Source of the DNA: an uncultured Actinomycetes bacterium
Lineage (GTDB): Bacteria > Actinomycetota > Thermoleophilia > Gaiellales > Gaiellaceae
Length of the DNA stretch: 64,000 bases
Direction of reading: 5' to 3'
Assembly (NCBI GenBank): GCA_963796265.1
Contig: CAWCLA010000004.1
Span: forward strand, 5,873-69,872
A model generated the notes under the pieces. It searched no databases and was not told where the DNA came from. It saw only the letters and a list, made by a program, of their open reading frames with translations. The position numbers and the translations under genes are program-made. Shown here piece after piece: positions 28,024-37,407 of this stretch; position 1 is the first letter of the stretch; each line of letters starts with the position of its first letter.

Positions 28024-29168
28024 GGAAGATCAACCGCCGGTACGTCCTGCTGGCCGCGTTCGCCGCGGCCCTCTGCGTGCCGGCTTCAGGCGTCAGCGCC
28101 CGCAGCGGCCTGCCCACGAAGATCGGGAAGGGCGAGGGGCAGCTGAACCTCATCGCGTGGGAGGGCTACACCCAGAAGCAATGGGTGAAGCCGTTCCAGA
28201 AGAAGACGGGCTGCATGGTGCATGCGAAGTACGCGGGCTCGTCCGACGAGATGGTGACGCTGATGCGACAGGGCGGCGGGTCGCAGTACGACGGTGTCTC
28301 GGCCTCCGGCGACGCGAGCCTGCGGCTGATCTACGGGCACGACGTCCAGGCGGTGAACCCGAAGCTGATCCCGAACTTCAAGAACTTCATGGCGGGTCTG
28401 AAGTCACCCCCGCACAACACGATCAAGGGCGTCCACTACGGGATCTCGCTCCAGTGGGGCCCGAACACGCTGCTCTGGAACACGAAGAAGGTGAAGCCGG
28501 CACCGCAGAGCTGGTCGGCGATCTACAGCAAGAAGTACAAGGGCAAGATCACCGTCCCGGACAACCCGATCCAGATCGCCGACGCGGCGCTCTACCTGTC
28601 GAAGGCGAAGCCGTCGCTCGGGATCAAGGATCCATACGAGCTGAACCAGACGCAGTTCAACGCGGTGATCGGCCTGCTTCGCAGGCAGAAGCCGCTGATC
28701 AAGAAGTACTGGGCGCTCGCCTCGGACGAGATCGGGCTGTTCAAGAGCGGGGATGCCGTCATCGGCGCCTCCTGGCCGTATCAGACGAACACGCTGAAGG
28801 CCGACAAGGTGCCCGTGAAGGACAAGATCCCGAAGGAGGGAGCGACCGGCTGGGCGGACACGTGGATGATGTCGGCGCACGCCAAGCACCCGAACTGCAT
28901 GTACAAGTGGATGGCCTGGGTCTCGACCCCGAAGGTGCAGGCCCAGCAGGCGATCTACTTCGGCGAGACGCCTGCCAACCCGAAGGCGTGCAGCCTGATG
29001 AACAAGCTCTCGCCGGGCTCCGCGAAGCAGTACCACTGCGGCGCCTCGAAGAAGTACTTCCACTCGATCAGGTTCTGGAAGACGCCGGTCGCCGCCTGCG
29101 GCAACGGCAAGAACAACTGCATGGACTACACGAAGTGGCAGCAGGCGTGGACGGAGCTGAAGGGCTGA
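28020..29168 (+). CDS. ABC transporter periplasmic substrate-binding protein (PotD/PotF-like)
   Basis: The GTG overlaps the potA-like stop. Signal peptide RRYVLLAAFAAALCVPASGVSA, followed by an SBP_bac_8-like body. The sequence is notably Lys-rich. Confidence 0.85.
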   Translation: MRKINRRYVLLAAFAAALCVPASGVSARSGLPTKIGKGEGQLNLIAWEGYTQKQWVKPFQKKTGCMVHAKYAGSSDEMVTLMRQGGGSQYDGVSASGDASLRLIYGHDVQAVNPKLIPNFKNFMAGLKSPPHNTIKGVHYGISLQWGPNTLLWNTKKVKPAPQSWSAIYSKKYKGKITVPDNPIQIADAALYLSKAKPSLGIKDPYELNQTQFNAVIGLLRRQKPLIKKYWALASDEIGLFKSGDAVIGASWPYQTNTLKADKVPVKDKIPKEGATGWADTWMMSAHAKHPNCMYKWMAWVSTPKVQAQQAIYFGETPANPKACSLMNKLSPGSAKQYHCGASKKYFHSIRFWKTPVAACGNGKNNCMDYTKWQQAWTELKG

Positions 29169-29240
29169 GGCTGAGCCCTGTCCACCCAGGCTGTTGACCT
29201 GACCGAGCCGGGCCGTCCCCTGCGGGCGGCCCGGCTGCGG

Positions 29241-30098
29241 TTGACCGGCATCTTCTGGCGCCACCGCTGGGCGAAGGCGCTCATCCTGCTGGCGGCGCCG
29301 CTGCTCGCGTTCGTCCTCGTCTACCTCGCGTCGCTCGTCGCCCTCTTCGTGTCCTCGTTCTGGACCGTGGACCCGTTCACGTCCGAGCTCCGCCACGTCT
29401 GGAACGTCGACAACTACCGGCTGCTCTGGCACTCGAGCGCCTACCACTCGATCGCGATCCGGACGATCGGCATCGCCGCCGCCGTCACGGCCGCCGACGC
29501 GATCCTCGCCTTTCCGCTCGGCTACTTCATGGCCCGCATCGCCGGCGGCCGCTCGCGGGCGTTCGTCTTCGTCGCCGTCCTGCTGCCGCTCTGGTCGAGC
29601 TACCTGATCCGCGTCTACATCTGGCGGCTCATCCTCGACCACAACGGCGTGCTCAACTGGACGCTGCGCAAGGTCGGGCTGCCGGCCGCCAACATCGGCT
29701 ACACGAACTGGGCCGTCTGGCTGATCTTCACGTACGTGTGGCTGCCGTTCATGATCCTGCCCGTCTACGGCGCCCTCGAGCGGGTGCCCGAGTCGTTCCT
29801 CGAGGCGTCGCGCGACCTCGGGGCGGGCGGCTGGACGACCTTCCGGCGCGTCCTCCTCCCCCTCGCGCTGCCGGGGGTGATCGCAGGCTCGATCTTCACG
29901 TTCTCGCTCACCCTCGGCGACTACATCACCCCGCTCCTCGCCGGCGGCGCGTCGTCGCAGTTCATCGGCAACGTCGTCTACGACTCGATCGGCTCGCAGC
30001 AGACGCCGTTCGCAGCCGCGTTCGCGGCCGTGCCGCTCGCCGTCATGGGCGTGTACCTCCTGATCGCTCGACGGCTCGGCGCCTTCGAGGCCCTCTGA
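29241..30098 (+). CDS. ABC transporter permease (PotB-like)
   Basis: Six hydrophobic segments and the EAA loop LEASRDLGAGGWTTFRRVLLPLALPG. Confidence 0.88.
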   Translation: MTGIFWRHRWAKALILLAAPLLAFVLVYLASLVALFVSSFWTVDPFTSELRHVWNVDNYRLLWHSSAYHSIAIRTIGIAAAVTAADAILAFPLGYFMARIAGGRSRAFVFVAVLLPLWSSYLIRVYIWRLILDHNGVLNWTLRKVGLPAANIGYTNWAVWLIFTYVWLPFMILPVYGALERVPESFLEASRDLGAGGWTTFRRVLLPLALPGVIAGSIFTFSLTLGDYITPLLAGGASSQFIGNVVYDSIGSQQTPFAAAFAAVPLAVMGVYLLIARRLGAFEAL

Positions 30099-30940
30099 TG
30101 GAGAGCCGCCCGACCCGCATCGCACTCACGGTCTGGTCGACGCTCGTCGTGCTCTTCCTCTGGATCCCGCTCGCGCTCATCATCCTCTACGCGTTCAACA
30201 CGTCGACCGTCGAGAGCTGGCCGATCCCGGGCTTCACGACGCACTGGTTCCACGCCGCCTGGAACTCGGAGGTGCGCACGTCGCTGTGGCTCTCGGCCCG
30301 CGTCGGCCTGACCGCGACCGGGATCGCGCTCGTGCTCGGCTCGATGGCCGCCTTCGGCGTCGCGCGGTTCCGCTTCTTCGGGCGCGACGCGGTGTCGTTC
30401 TTGCTCGTGCTGCCGATCGCGCTGCCGGGAATCGTCACGGGCATCGCCCTCAACTCGGCGTTCGTGGCCGGTCACGTCGCGCTCTCGACGTGGACGATCG
30501 TCACGGGGCACGCGACGTTCTGCGTCGTCGTCGTCTACAACAACGTCCTCGCGCGGCTCCGGCGCTCGTCACCCTCGCTGCTGGAGGCCTCGCAGGATCT
30601 CGGCGCCGACGGCTGGCAGACGTTCCGCTTCGTCGTCTGGCCGGTCCTCTCCACCGCGCTGGTCGCCGGGGGCCTGCTCGCCTTCGCGCTCTCGTTCGAC
30701 GAGGTCATCGTCACGACCTTCACGGCGGGCGCGCAGAACACGCTCCCGCTGCTCATCCTCGGCTACATCCGGCTCGGCCAGCAGCTCCCCGTCGTCAACG
30801 TCATCGCGTTCGCAATGATCGTGCTGACGGCAATCCCCGTCCTCGTCGCCCAGCGGCTCATGCGCGACACCGGCGTCCTGCGCCGCGGGGCCGCGGAGGT
30901 GACCGAAGCCGTCGAGACTGCACAAGCCACCGCCTACTGA
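30098..30940 (+). CDS. ABC transporter permease (PotC-like)
   Basis: The ATG overlaps the upstream stop (TGATG). EAA loop [23 protein letters not shown]. Confidence 0.88.
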   Translation: MESRPTRIALTVWSTLVVLFLWIPLALIILYAFNTSTVESWPIPGFTTHWFHAAWNSEVRTSLWLSARVGLTATGIALVLGSMAAFGVARFRFFGRDAVSFLLVLPIALPGIVTGIALNSAFVAGHVALSTWTIVTGHATFCVVVVYNNVLARLRRSSPSLLEASQDLGADGWQTFRFVVWPVLSTALVAGGLLAFALSFDEVIVTTFTAGAQNTLPLLILGYIRLGQQLPVVNVIAFAMIVLTAIPVLVAQRLMRDTGVLRRGAAEVTEAVETAQATAY

Positions 30941-30953
30941 GACAGGAGGAACC

Positions 30954-32426
30954 ATGAGCACCACGACCGAGCAGTACCGGATCCTCGTCGGCGGAGAGCT
31001 CGCCGACGCGGCCTCCGGCGAGACGATGGAGGTGATCGCCCCCGCGACCGGCGAGACGATCGCCGAGGTGCCGCGTTGCGACGCCGCGGACGTCGACCGC
31101 GCCGTCGCGGCCGCGCAGGAGGCGCTGCCCGAGTGGCTCGAGAAGACGCCGAAGGAGCGATCCGAGCTCCTGCATGCGCTTGCGGACGTGATGGACGAGC
31201 ATGCCGAGGAGCTCGCGCAGCTCGAGTCCGTGAACGTCGGCAAGCCGCTCATGGCCTCGCGCGACGAGATGCCGTTCTCGGCCGACAACCTCCGCTTCTT
31301 CGCCGGCGCGGCCCGGAACCTCGAGGGGAAGTCGGCCAGCGAGTACATCACCGGCTACACGTCGATGATCCGGCGCGAGCCGATCGGGATCGTCGGCGGC
31401 ATCTGCCCCTGGAACTACCCGCTGATGATGGCGGTTTGGAAGCTGGGGCCGGCGCTCGCGGCGGGCAACCTCCAGATCCTCAAGCCGTCGGAGCAGACGC
31501 CGCTCTCGCTGCTCCGGTTCGTCCAACTCGCACAGGACGTGATCCCGCCGGGCGTGCTGCAGGTCGTGACCGGCGACGGCGTGCCGGTCGGGCAGCGGCT
31601 CGTCGAGCATCCGGCGGTCGGGATGGTCTCGCTCACCGGCGACGTCGAGACCGGCAAGACGATCGCCCGCACCGCCGCCGACACGCTCAAGCGCGTGCAC
31701 CTCGAGCTCGGCGGCAAGGCGCCGATGGTGGTCTTCGACGACGCCGACCCGAAGGCGGTCGCCGAGGGGATCAGGCTCGCCGGCTACTGGAACTCTGGCC
31801 AGGACTGCACGGCCGGCTCGCGCGTCATCGCGGGGCCGCGGATCTACGACGCCCTCCTCGAGGAGCTCGTGCCGCAGGTCGAGTCGCTCAAGGTCGGCGA
31901 CCCGCTCTCGGAGGAGACCGAGATGGGCTCGGTCATCTCGCGGGACCAGCAGGAGCGGATCCTCGGCTTCCTCGAGCGCGCGAAGGGCGCGACGATCCTC
32001 ACGGGCGGCGGAACTGAGGCTGTAAGCATCGCCGCCGGAGGCGGCGCCGGCGCGAACGGCGGCGGCTTCTTCGTCCAGCCCACCATCGTGACCGACGTGG
32101 CCCAGGACGACGAGATCGTCCAGCGCGAGGTGTTCGGGCCCGTCGTGACGGTGCAGCGCTTCGCGGACGACGACGAGGCGATCCGCTGGGCGAACGACGT
32201 GCGCTACGGGCTCGCGGCGTCGGTCTGGACGCGCGACGTCGGCCGGGCGATGAACGCGGCGCGGAAGCTCCAGTTCGGCGCCGTCTGGGTGAACGACCAC
32301 CTGCTGCCGATCTCCTCGGAGCTGCCGCACGGCGGCTACAAGCAGTCCGGCTACGGCAAGGACATGTCCATCTACTCGATGGAGGAGTACACGCAGCTCA
32401 AGCACGTCGCGTTCAAGATCGACTAG
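30954..32426 (+). CDS. NAD-dependent aminoaldehyde (gamma-aminobutyraldehyde-type) dehydrogenase
   Basis: ALDH motifs [14 protein letters not shown] (Glu) and GQDCTAGSR (Cys). The cluster context with gabT and the polyamine transporter supports the assignment. Confidence 0.9.
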   Translation: MSTTTEQYRILVGGELADAASGETMEVIAPATGETIAEVPRCDAADVDRAVAAAQEALPEWLEKTPKERSELLHALADVMDEHAEELAQLESVNVGKPLMASRDEMPFSADNLRFFAGAARNLEGKSASEYITGYTSMIRREPIGIVGGICPWNYPLMMAVWKLGPALAAGNLQILKPSEQTPLSLLRFVQLAQDVIPPGVLQVVTGDGVPVGQRLVEHPAVGMVSLTGDVETGKTIARTAADTLKRVHLELGGKAPMVVFDDADPKAVAEGIRLAGYWNSGQDCTAGSRVIAGPRIYDALLEELVPQVESLKVGDPLSEETEMGSVISRDQQERILGFLERAKGATILTGGGTEAVSIAAGGGAGANGGGFFVQPTIVTDVAQDDEIVQREVFGPVVTVQRFADDDEAIRWANDVRYGLAASVWTRDVGRAMNAARKLQFGAVWVNDHLLPISSELPHGGYKQSGYGKDMSIYSMEEYTQLKHVAFKID

Positions 32427-32435
32427 GGACATGCG

Positions 32436-32461
32436 GAGGCGGACTCGCTGGAGTCCGCCTC
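32436..32461 (+). terminator. Terminator hairpin after the aldehyde dehydrogenase
   Basis: GAGGCGGACTC-GCTG-GAGTCCGCCTC, a perfect 11-bp stem, followed by TTCG. Confidence 0.6.
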
Positions 32462-32808
32462 TTCGCCGCAGTGGTATCGATTGGGCCGGTCGTGTTGCGC
32501 CACGCGGGCGGTGTTCACGAACTCGGTACCCGTCCAGGCGCATGGTGGACGACCCTCGCCGCCGGGGCACTGGCGGGACGGCCAGTTTCACCGGCACCGA
32601 CCGTTGTGGCTCGATCGAGGGACGAGCCCGCAGCCGACCCGTACGTACTAAGGCACTCCGGCCTTCCAGGGGACGACGGCGGCGCGCACACCGCCTATTC
32701 CCCGTCGAAGGTCAGGAAGTCGCTGCGCATCGACGTAGGGCACGTTGTCTAGCCACTGACGCCCGGCTGCGAAGGGGCGAGTACGCACCGGGGACGTGCC
32801 CTTCCTGA

Positions 32809-33069
32809 CTACGAGCCCTTCGCGTACTCCTCCGCCGCCCGCGCGTCGAACTCGAACCCGATCACCGGCTCGTCGCCGACGACCCAGGCGTCGTGGCCCG
32901 GCTCGATCACGTACGCCCGGCCGGGACCAATGTCCTGCTCCGTCCCGTCGTCGTGGACGACGTGCATCGTGCCCGACTGGATCACGCCGATGTGATGCAC
33001 CTGGCAGCGGTCGCCGCCGACGACCGGCTTGATGCACTCCGACCACCGCCAGCCCGGCTCCAGGGACAT
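32809..33069 (-). CDS. Small single-domain cupin protein
   Basis: 86 aa: HIGVIQSGTMHVVHDDGTEQDIGPGRAYVIEPGHDAWVVGDEP. Confidence 0.6.
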   Translation of the reverse strand: MSLEPGWRWSECIKPVVGGDRCQVHHIGVIQSGTMHVVHDDGTEQDIGPGRAYVIEPGHDAWVVGDEPVIGFEFDARAAEEYAKGS

Positions 33070-33255
33070 GCGAGATGGCAGGGCCAGGCAAGCCCGCGCA
33101 GTTCAAGCCTGTTGAACGGTTCTAGCCAAAGAGTGGCTCCGGACCAACCGAAAGACGGGCCTGCCACACCCTCTTCCGACCTACGACTACGTGTGACGTC
33201 AGGTTGGGCCAGGAGCGCGCTCTGGCTCAAAAGCTAAGGGGAGAAGTTGGTGGAG

Positions 33256-36200
33256 ATGAGCAAGCTGAGGAACATGGGTCACGGCCGGCGGCTGCGCCGC
33301 GTTCGCAGCATCGCAATTTTCGGCGTCTTGATCCTGGCCGGTCTGCTGTGGATCAGCGCCGCGCAGGCTGTCCATGACAACGGCATGTTCGAGTTGGACG
33401 GCAATACGGTCCATGACGCCGGGACGACGCTGCCGTACGACTGGAACAGTCTGTTCGGCGCGGGTGGCAACCGGCTGATCACGCCGGACCCGATCAACGG
33501 GCCGCTCCTCGCTGACGTATTCGTGTCCGACGCCGCGGAGCCGGATCAGACCTACTTCACGTCGAACAAGGACATCCAGCCGATCGCGAGCGGCCAGCAG
33601 CACTGGGGTTGCGCCCCGATCAACAACCCGCTGGACAAGGACAACCTCCTCAATGCCTATGCGGCCCTGATTCAGGTGCCTGCGGACGCGCCGGACAACG
33701 CCGGCGACCAGGTGCTCTACCTCGCTTCGGAACGCGGCAGCCACAACGGCACCTCCTACGCCGGCTTCTGGCTGCTCAAGGATTCGAACGTCGGCTGCTC
33801 GGGCTCGAATGACTTCTCCGGGCACCACACCGACGGCGATCTGCTGATCGTCAGTGACTACACCAACGGTGGCGGCACGCAGGACGTGACCGTCTACCGC
33901 TGGACCGGCAACGACGCCACCGGGGGACCGGTGCTGGATGCGACGTTCAACGGGGGAATCTGCAGCGACTCCCTCGGCAACGACAACGCCTGCGCGCTCG
34001 CGAACAGCGTTGCAATCACCACTCCCTGGTCGCCCACGAGCCACGACTCCAAGACCTTCGTCGAGACGGGCATCGACCTGACCGGCCTGCTCGGCTCGGA
34101 CGGCGGCTGCTTCACGACCTTCCTGGCCGAGACCCGTTCGTCCAACCAGTTGACAGCCACGCTGAAGGACTTCGCCGGCGGCCAGTTCAGCACCTGCGTG
34201 CCTCCGGACATCGCCACGACGGCGACCCCTGGCGGCAGCCAGAACCCGCTCGGTGTCGCGACCCAGCACGACGTCGCAACCATCGACGCGGTCAGCGGCC
34301 GCCCCGATCCGACCGGCACGATCTCCTTCTTCCTCTGCAACCCGTCCCAGGTGACAGCCGACGGCTGTGTGACCGGTGGGACACAGGTCGGCGGTGCGGT
34401 GCCGATCGTCGCGGGGTCTGCGACCTCGGCGAACGCCAGCGGCTCGCTGACGAACACGGCCGGCAAGTACTGCTGGCGCGCCGAATACACGCCGGACACC
34501 GCCGGCGCCAAGTTCTACACGGCGGGCAGTCACACCGACGCGACCGACGAGTGCTTCACGGTGGTCCCGAATACCACGCTGATCGGCACTGCGGCGTCCT
34601 CGCAGACGGTCGGTGCGGCTATCCACGACGTGGCGACGCTGTCCGGTGCGACGGCGGACGCCGGCGGCACGATCACCTTCAAGCTCTACGGGCCGAGCGA
34701 CACGCCGGACTGCTCGAGCACGGCCGTGTTCACCAGCACGGTGAACGTCAGCGGCAACGGCAACTACAACTCGGGCGACTTCACCCCGGACACGGCCGGC
34801 AAGTACTACTGGATCGCCTCGTACTCCGGCGACGTGAACAACCTGCCGGCGAGCGGCTCGTGCGGCGACCAGGGTGAGACGTCGACGATCGGTCCGAAGA
34901 CGACGCTGATCGCGACTGCCGCCTCGTCCGAGACGATCGGCGCGGCGGTGCACGACGTGGCGACCCTCTCCGGCGGCTTGAACCCGACCGGCACGATCAC
35001 CTTCAACCTCTACGGGCCGAGCGACACGCCGGACTGCTCCGGCGTGGCCGTCTACACCAGCACGGTGAACGTCAGCGGCAACGGTGACTACAACTCGGGC
35101 AACTTCACCCCGACCACGGCCGGTAGCTACTACTGGACCGCCTCGTACTCCGGCGACGTGAACAACCTGGCGTCGAGCGAGTCGTGTGGTTCGCAGGGCG
35201 AGACATCGGTGCTCGTCAAGCGCACCACCAGCATCGTCACCGCCGCCACCTCGACCTCGATCGGTTCCGCGGTGCACGACGTGGCGACGCTGTCCGGTGC
35301 GACGGCGAACGCGGGCGGGACGATCACGTTCAACCTCTACGGGCCGAGCGACACGCCGGACTGCTCAGGCACGGCCGTGTTCACCAGCACCGTGAACGTG
35401 AGCGGGCCGGGCAACTACGGGTCCGGCGACTTCACCCCGGCCACGGCCGGCAACTACTACTGGATCGCGTCGTACTCCGGCGACGCCAACAACCAGCCAT
35501 CGAGCGGGACGTGTGGCGACCAGGGCGAGACGTCGACGCTCGGCGAGCAGCCCACCAGCATCGTCACCGCCGCCACCTCGGCCACGATCGGTTCCGCGGT
35601 GCACGACGTGGCGACCCTGTCCGGTGCGACGGCGGACGCGGCCGGCACGATCACCTTCAACCTGTACGGGCCGAGCGACACCCCGGACTGCTCGGGCACG
35701 GCGCTGTTCACCGACACGGTGAACGTCAGCGGCAACGGCGACTACAACTCGAGCGACTTCACCCCGGCCACGGCCGGTAGCTACTACTGGATCGCGTCCT
35801 ACTCCGGTGACGTGAACAACCTGGCGTCGAGCGGGGCGTGTGGCGACGAGGGTGAGACGTCGACCATCTCCAAGGCCGCGCCGGAGATCGTCACCACGCA
35901 GGATCCTGCCTCGGGCTCGGTTGGTGACACCTACAAGGACAAGGCGACCCTGTCGGGTTCGGTGAGCCAGGACGGGCAGGGCACGATCACGTTCAACCTG
36001 TACGACAACAACACCTGCTCGGGCGAGGCGCTTCATTCCGAGACGGTGTCGGTGGATGCAGACGGCACCTTCGAGACGCCCGAAGGCGTGATGTTGAACA
36101 CGGCCGGCACGTACTACTGGGTCGCCTCGTTCAGCGGCGACTCGAACAACCTGCCGGCGACGTCGGGCTGTGCCGACGAGCCGGTGGTGGTTCAGCCCCC

Positions 36201-37278
36201 GGCGATTCACATCGTGAAGACGGCGGACGCGGCGAAGGTGAACGTTGGCAGTCCGATCGGGTTCACGATGACCGTGTACAACGACGGCAGCGGGGACGCG
36301 CACGGTGTGACGTTGTCGGACACGCTGCCGGTGAAGGCGGGTCTGTCCTGGTCGATCGCGGCGCAGGGCTCCGGCTGGGCCGGTAGCTGCGCGATCGCGG
36401 CGGGTGTCCTGTCCTGTGGCCCGGTGACGGTGCCGGCAGGCACGACGCAGGCGGCGTCGACGTTCACGGTGCACATCACCTCGCCGACCGCGGCCGCGGC
36501 CGGCGGCGATTGCCCGGGCTCGGGCACGGTCGACAACACGGGCACGGTGACGACCAGCAACGACGGCTCCGACCAGTCGAGCGCCTCGACCTGTGTGCAG
36601 GCTCTGGTCGATCTCTCGATCACCAAGGCGGGCTCGCCGGCGACCCAGACGCTGGGTGACGGCAACATCACCTGGACGATCGTGGTCACGAACAACGGCC
36701 CGGACACGGACACGGGCGTCGAGATCTCCGATCCGATGCCGGCCGGCAACACGTTCGTGTCGGCGACCACCAGCCAGGGCAGCTGCACGGGCGGCGCGAT
36801 CCTGCACTGCAACATCGGCACGATGGCCGCCGGTGCGAAGGTCACGATCACGCTGATCACGACCCCGAGCACGGTCGGCAACCAGGTGAACACGGTCAGC
36901 GTGGTCGGCAGCCGGCCGGAAACGAACACCGCCAACAACACGGCGACCGCGACCGTGCGAACGGTCGGCGTGATCACGCCACCGGTGTTCTGCGTCGCGG
37001 TCAGCAAGGTGACGCCGAAGCAGCTGTTCGTCGGCCGCAAGACGATGCTGAAGATTCACGTCACGCGGCAAGGCAAGCCGGTCAAGGGCGTCCACGTCCG
37101 GATCAAGGGCCCCAAGATCAACATCAAGACCAAGGCCTCCAGCAAGAAGGGCCTGATCAAGCGGCGGGTCAAGCTGAGGAAGAAGGGCATCCTCGTCTTC
37201 AGCCCCATCGCCAGCAAGCGCTGCAACACCAAGCGCCTCGGCATCACCAACGTCTTCACCCCACCAGTGACGGGGTGA
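33256..37278 (+). CDS. Large secreted cell-surface protein: unknown N-terminal domain, 6 tandem Ig-like repeats, 2 DUF11 repeats and a Lys-rich C-terminal domain
   Basis: Signal peptide IAIFGVLILAGLLWISAAQA. Repeats of 108-109 aa carry GTITF(N/K)LYGPSDTPDCSG..YYWIASYSGDxNN..CGDQGE. DUF11-like DLSITKAG..ITWTIVVTNNGPDTDTGV..NTATATV. I found no LPXTG motif. Confidence 0.85.
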   Translation: MSKLRNMGHGRRLRRVRSIAIFGVLILAGLLWISAAQAVHDNGMFELDGNTVHDAGTTLPYDWNSLFGAGGNRLITPDPINGPLLADVFVSDAAEPDQTYFTSNKDIQPIASGQQHWGCAPINNPLDKDNLLNAYAALIQVPADAPDNAGDQVLYLASERGSHNGTSYAGFWLLKDSNVGCSGSNDFSGHHTDGDLLIVSDYTNGGGTQDVTVYRWTGNDATGGPVLDATFNGGICSDSLGNDNACALANSVAITTPWSPTSHDSKTFVETGIDLTGLLGSDGGCFTTFLAETRSSNQLTATLKDFAGGQFSTCVPPDIATTATPGGSQNPLGVATQHDVATIDAVSGRPDPTGTISFFLCNPSQVTADGCVTGGTQVGGAVPIVAGSATSANASGSLTNTAGKYCWRAEYTPDTAGAKFYTAGSHTDATDECFTVVPNTTLIGTAASSQTVGAAIHDVATLSGATADAGGTITFKLYGPSDTPDCSSTAVFTSTVNVSGNGNYNSGDFTPDTAGKYYWIASYSGDVNNLPASGSCGDQGETSTIGPKTTLIATAASSETIGAAVHDVATLSGGLNPTGTITFNLYGPSDTPDCSGVAVYTSTVNVSGNGDYNSGNFTPTTAGSYYWTASYSGDVNNLASSESCGSQGETSVLVKRTTSIVTAATSTSIGSAVHDVATLSGATANAGGTITFNLYGPSDTPDCSGTAVFTSTVNVSGPGNYGSGDFTPATAGNYYWIASYSGDANNQPSSGTCGDQGETSTLGEQPTSIVTAATSATIGSAVHDVATLSGATADAAGTITFNLYGPSDTPDCSGTALFTDTVNVSGNGDYNSSDFTPATAGSYYWIASYSGDVNNLASSGACGDEGETSTISKAAPEIVTTQDPASGSVGDTYKDKATLSGSVSQDGQGTITFNLYDNNTCSGEALHSETVSVDADGTFETPEGVMLNTAGTYYWVASFSGDSNNLPATSGCADEPVVVQPPAIHIVKTADAAKVNVGSPIGFTMTVYNDGSGDAHGVTLSDTLPVKAGLSWSIAAQGSGWAGSCAIAAGVLSCGPVTVPAGTTQAASTFTVHITSPTAAAAGGDCPGSGTVDNTGTVTTSNDGSDQSSASTCVQALVDLSITKAGSPATQTLGDGNITWTIVVTNNGPDTDTGVEISDPMPAGNTFVSATTSQGSCTGGAILHCNIGTMAAGAKVTITLITTPSTVGNQVNTVSVVGSRPETNTANNTATATVRTVGVITPPVFCVAVSKVTPKQLFVGRKTMLKIHVTRQGKPVKGVHVRIKGPKINIKTKASSKKGLIKRRVKLRKKGILVFSPIASKRCNTKRLGITNVFTPPVTG
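34198..36195 (+). repeat. In-frame tandem array of six ~324-327-bp units inside the surface-protein gene. The four central units are near-identical at DNA level.
   Basis: The string CT(C/G)TACGGGCCGAGCGACAC(G/C)CCGGACTGCTC recurs at 34684, 35008, 35335 and 35662, with spacing 324, 327 and 327 nt. Confidence 0.85.
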
Positions 37279-37287
37279 CGAGTACAC

Positions 37288-37321
37288 GGAGGGGTGCGGG
37301 GCGGCAGCCCCGCACCCCTCC
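37288..37321. terminator. Bidirectional terminator hairpin between convergent genes
   Basis: GGAGGGGTGCGGGGC-GGCA-GCCCCGCACCCCTCC, a perfect 15-bp stem, 10 nt after the stop of the surface-protein gene. Confidence 0.7.
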
Positions 37322-37407
37322 GACGTAAGGCTCAGCCGCGGCGGCCGAACGAGCTCGAGGCGTAATGCCCGCTCGCCGGCCGCGGCGGACATGTCCGAGC
37401 TCGGCGT

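Noticed and set aside
32471-32752. A 93-aa plus-strand ORF in the long spacer.
   Set aside because: It has no SD, a composition typical of non-coding GC-rich sequence and mixed third-position usage. I treated it as non-coding.
34198-36195. A regularly spaced repeat array that could be mistaken for a CRISPR or another non-coding array.
   Set aside because: The period is 324-327 bp, a multiple of 3. The array lies inside one continuous ORF and encodes Ig-like domains. There are no short direct repeats with unique spacers and no cas genes.
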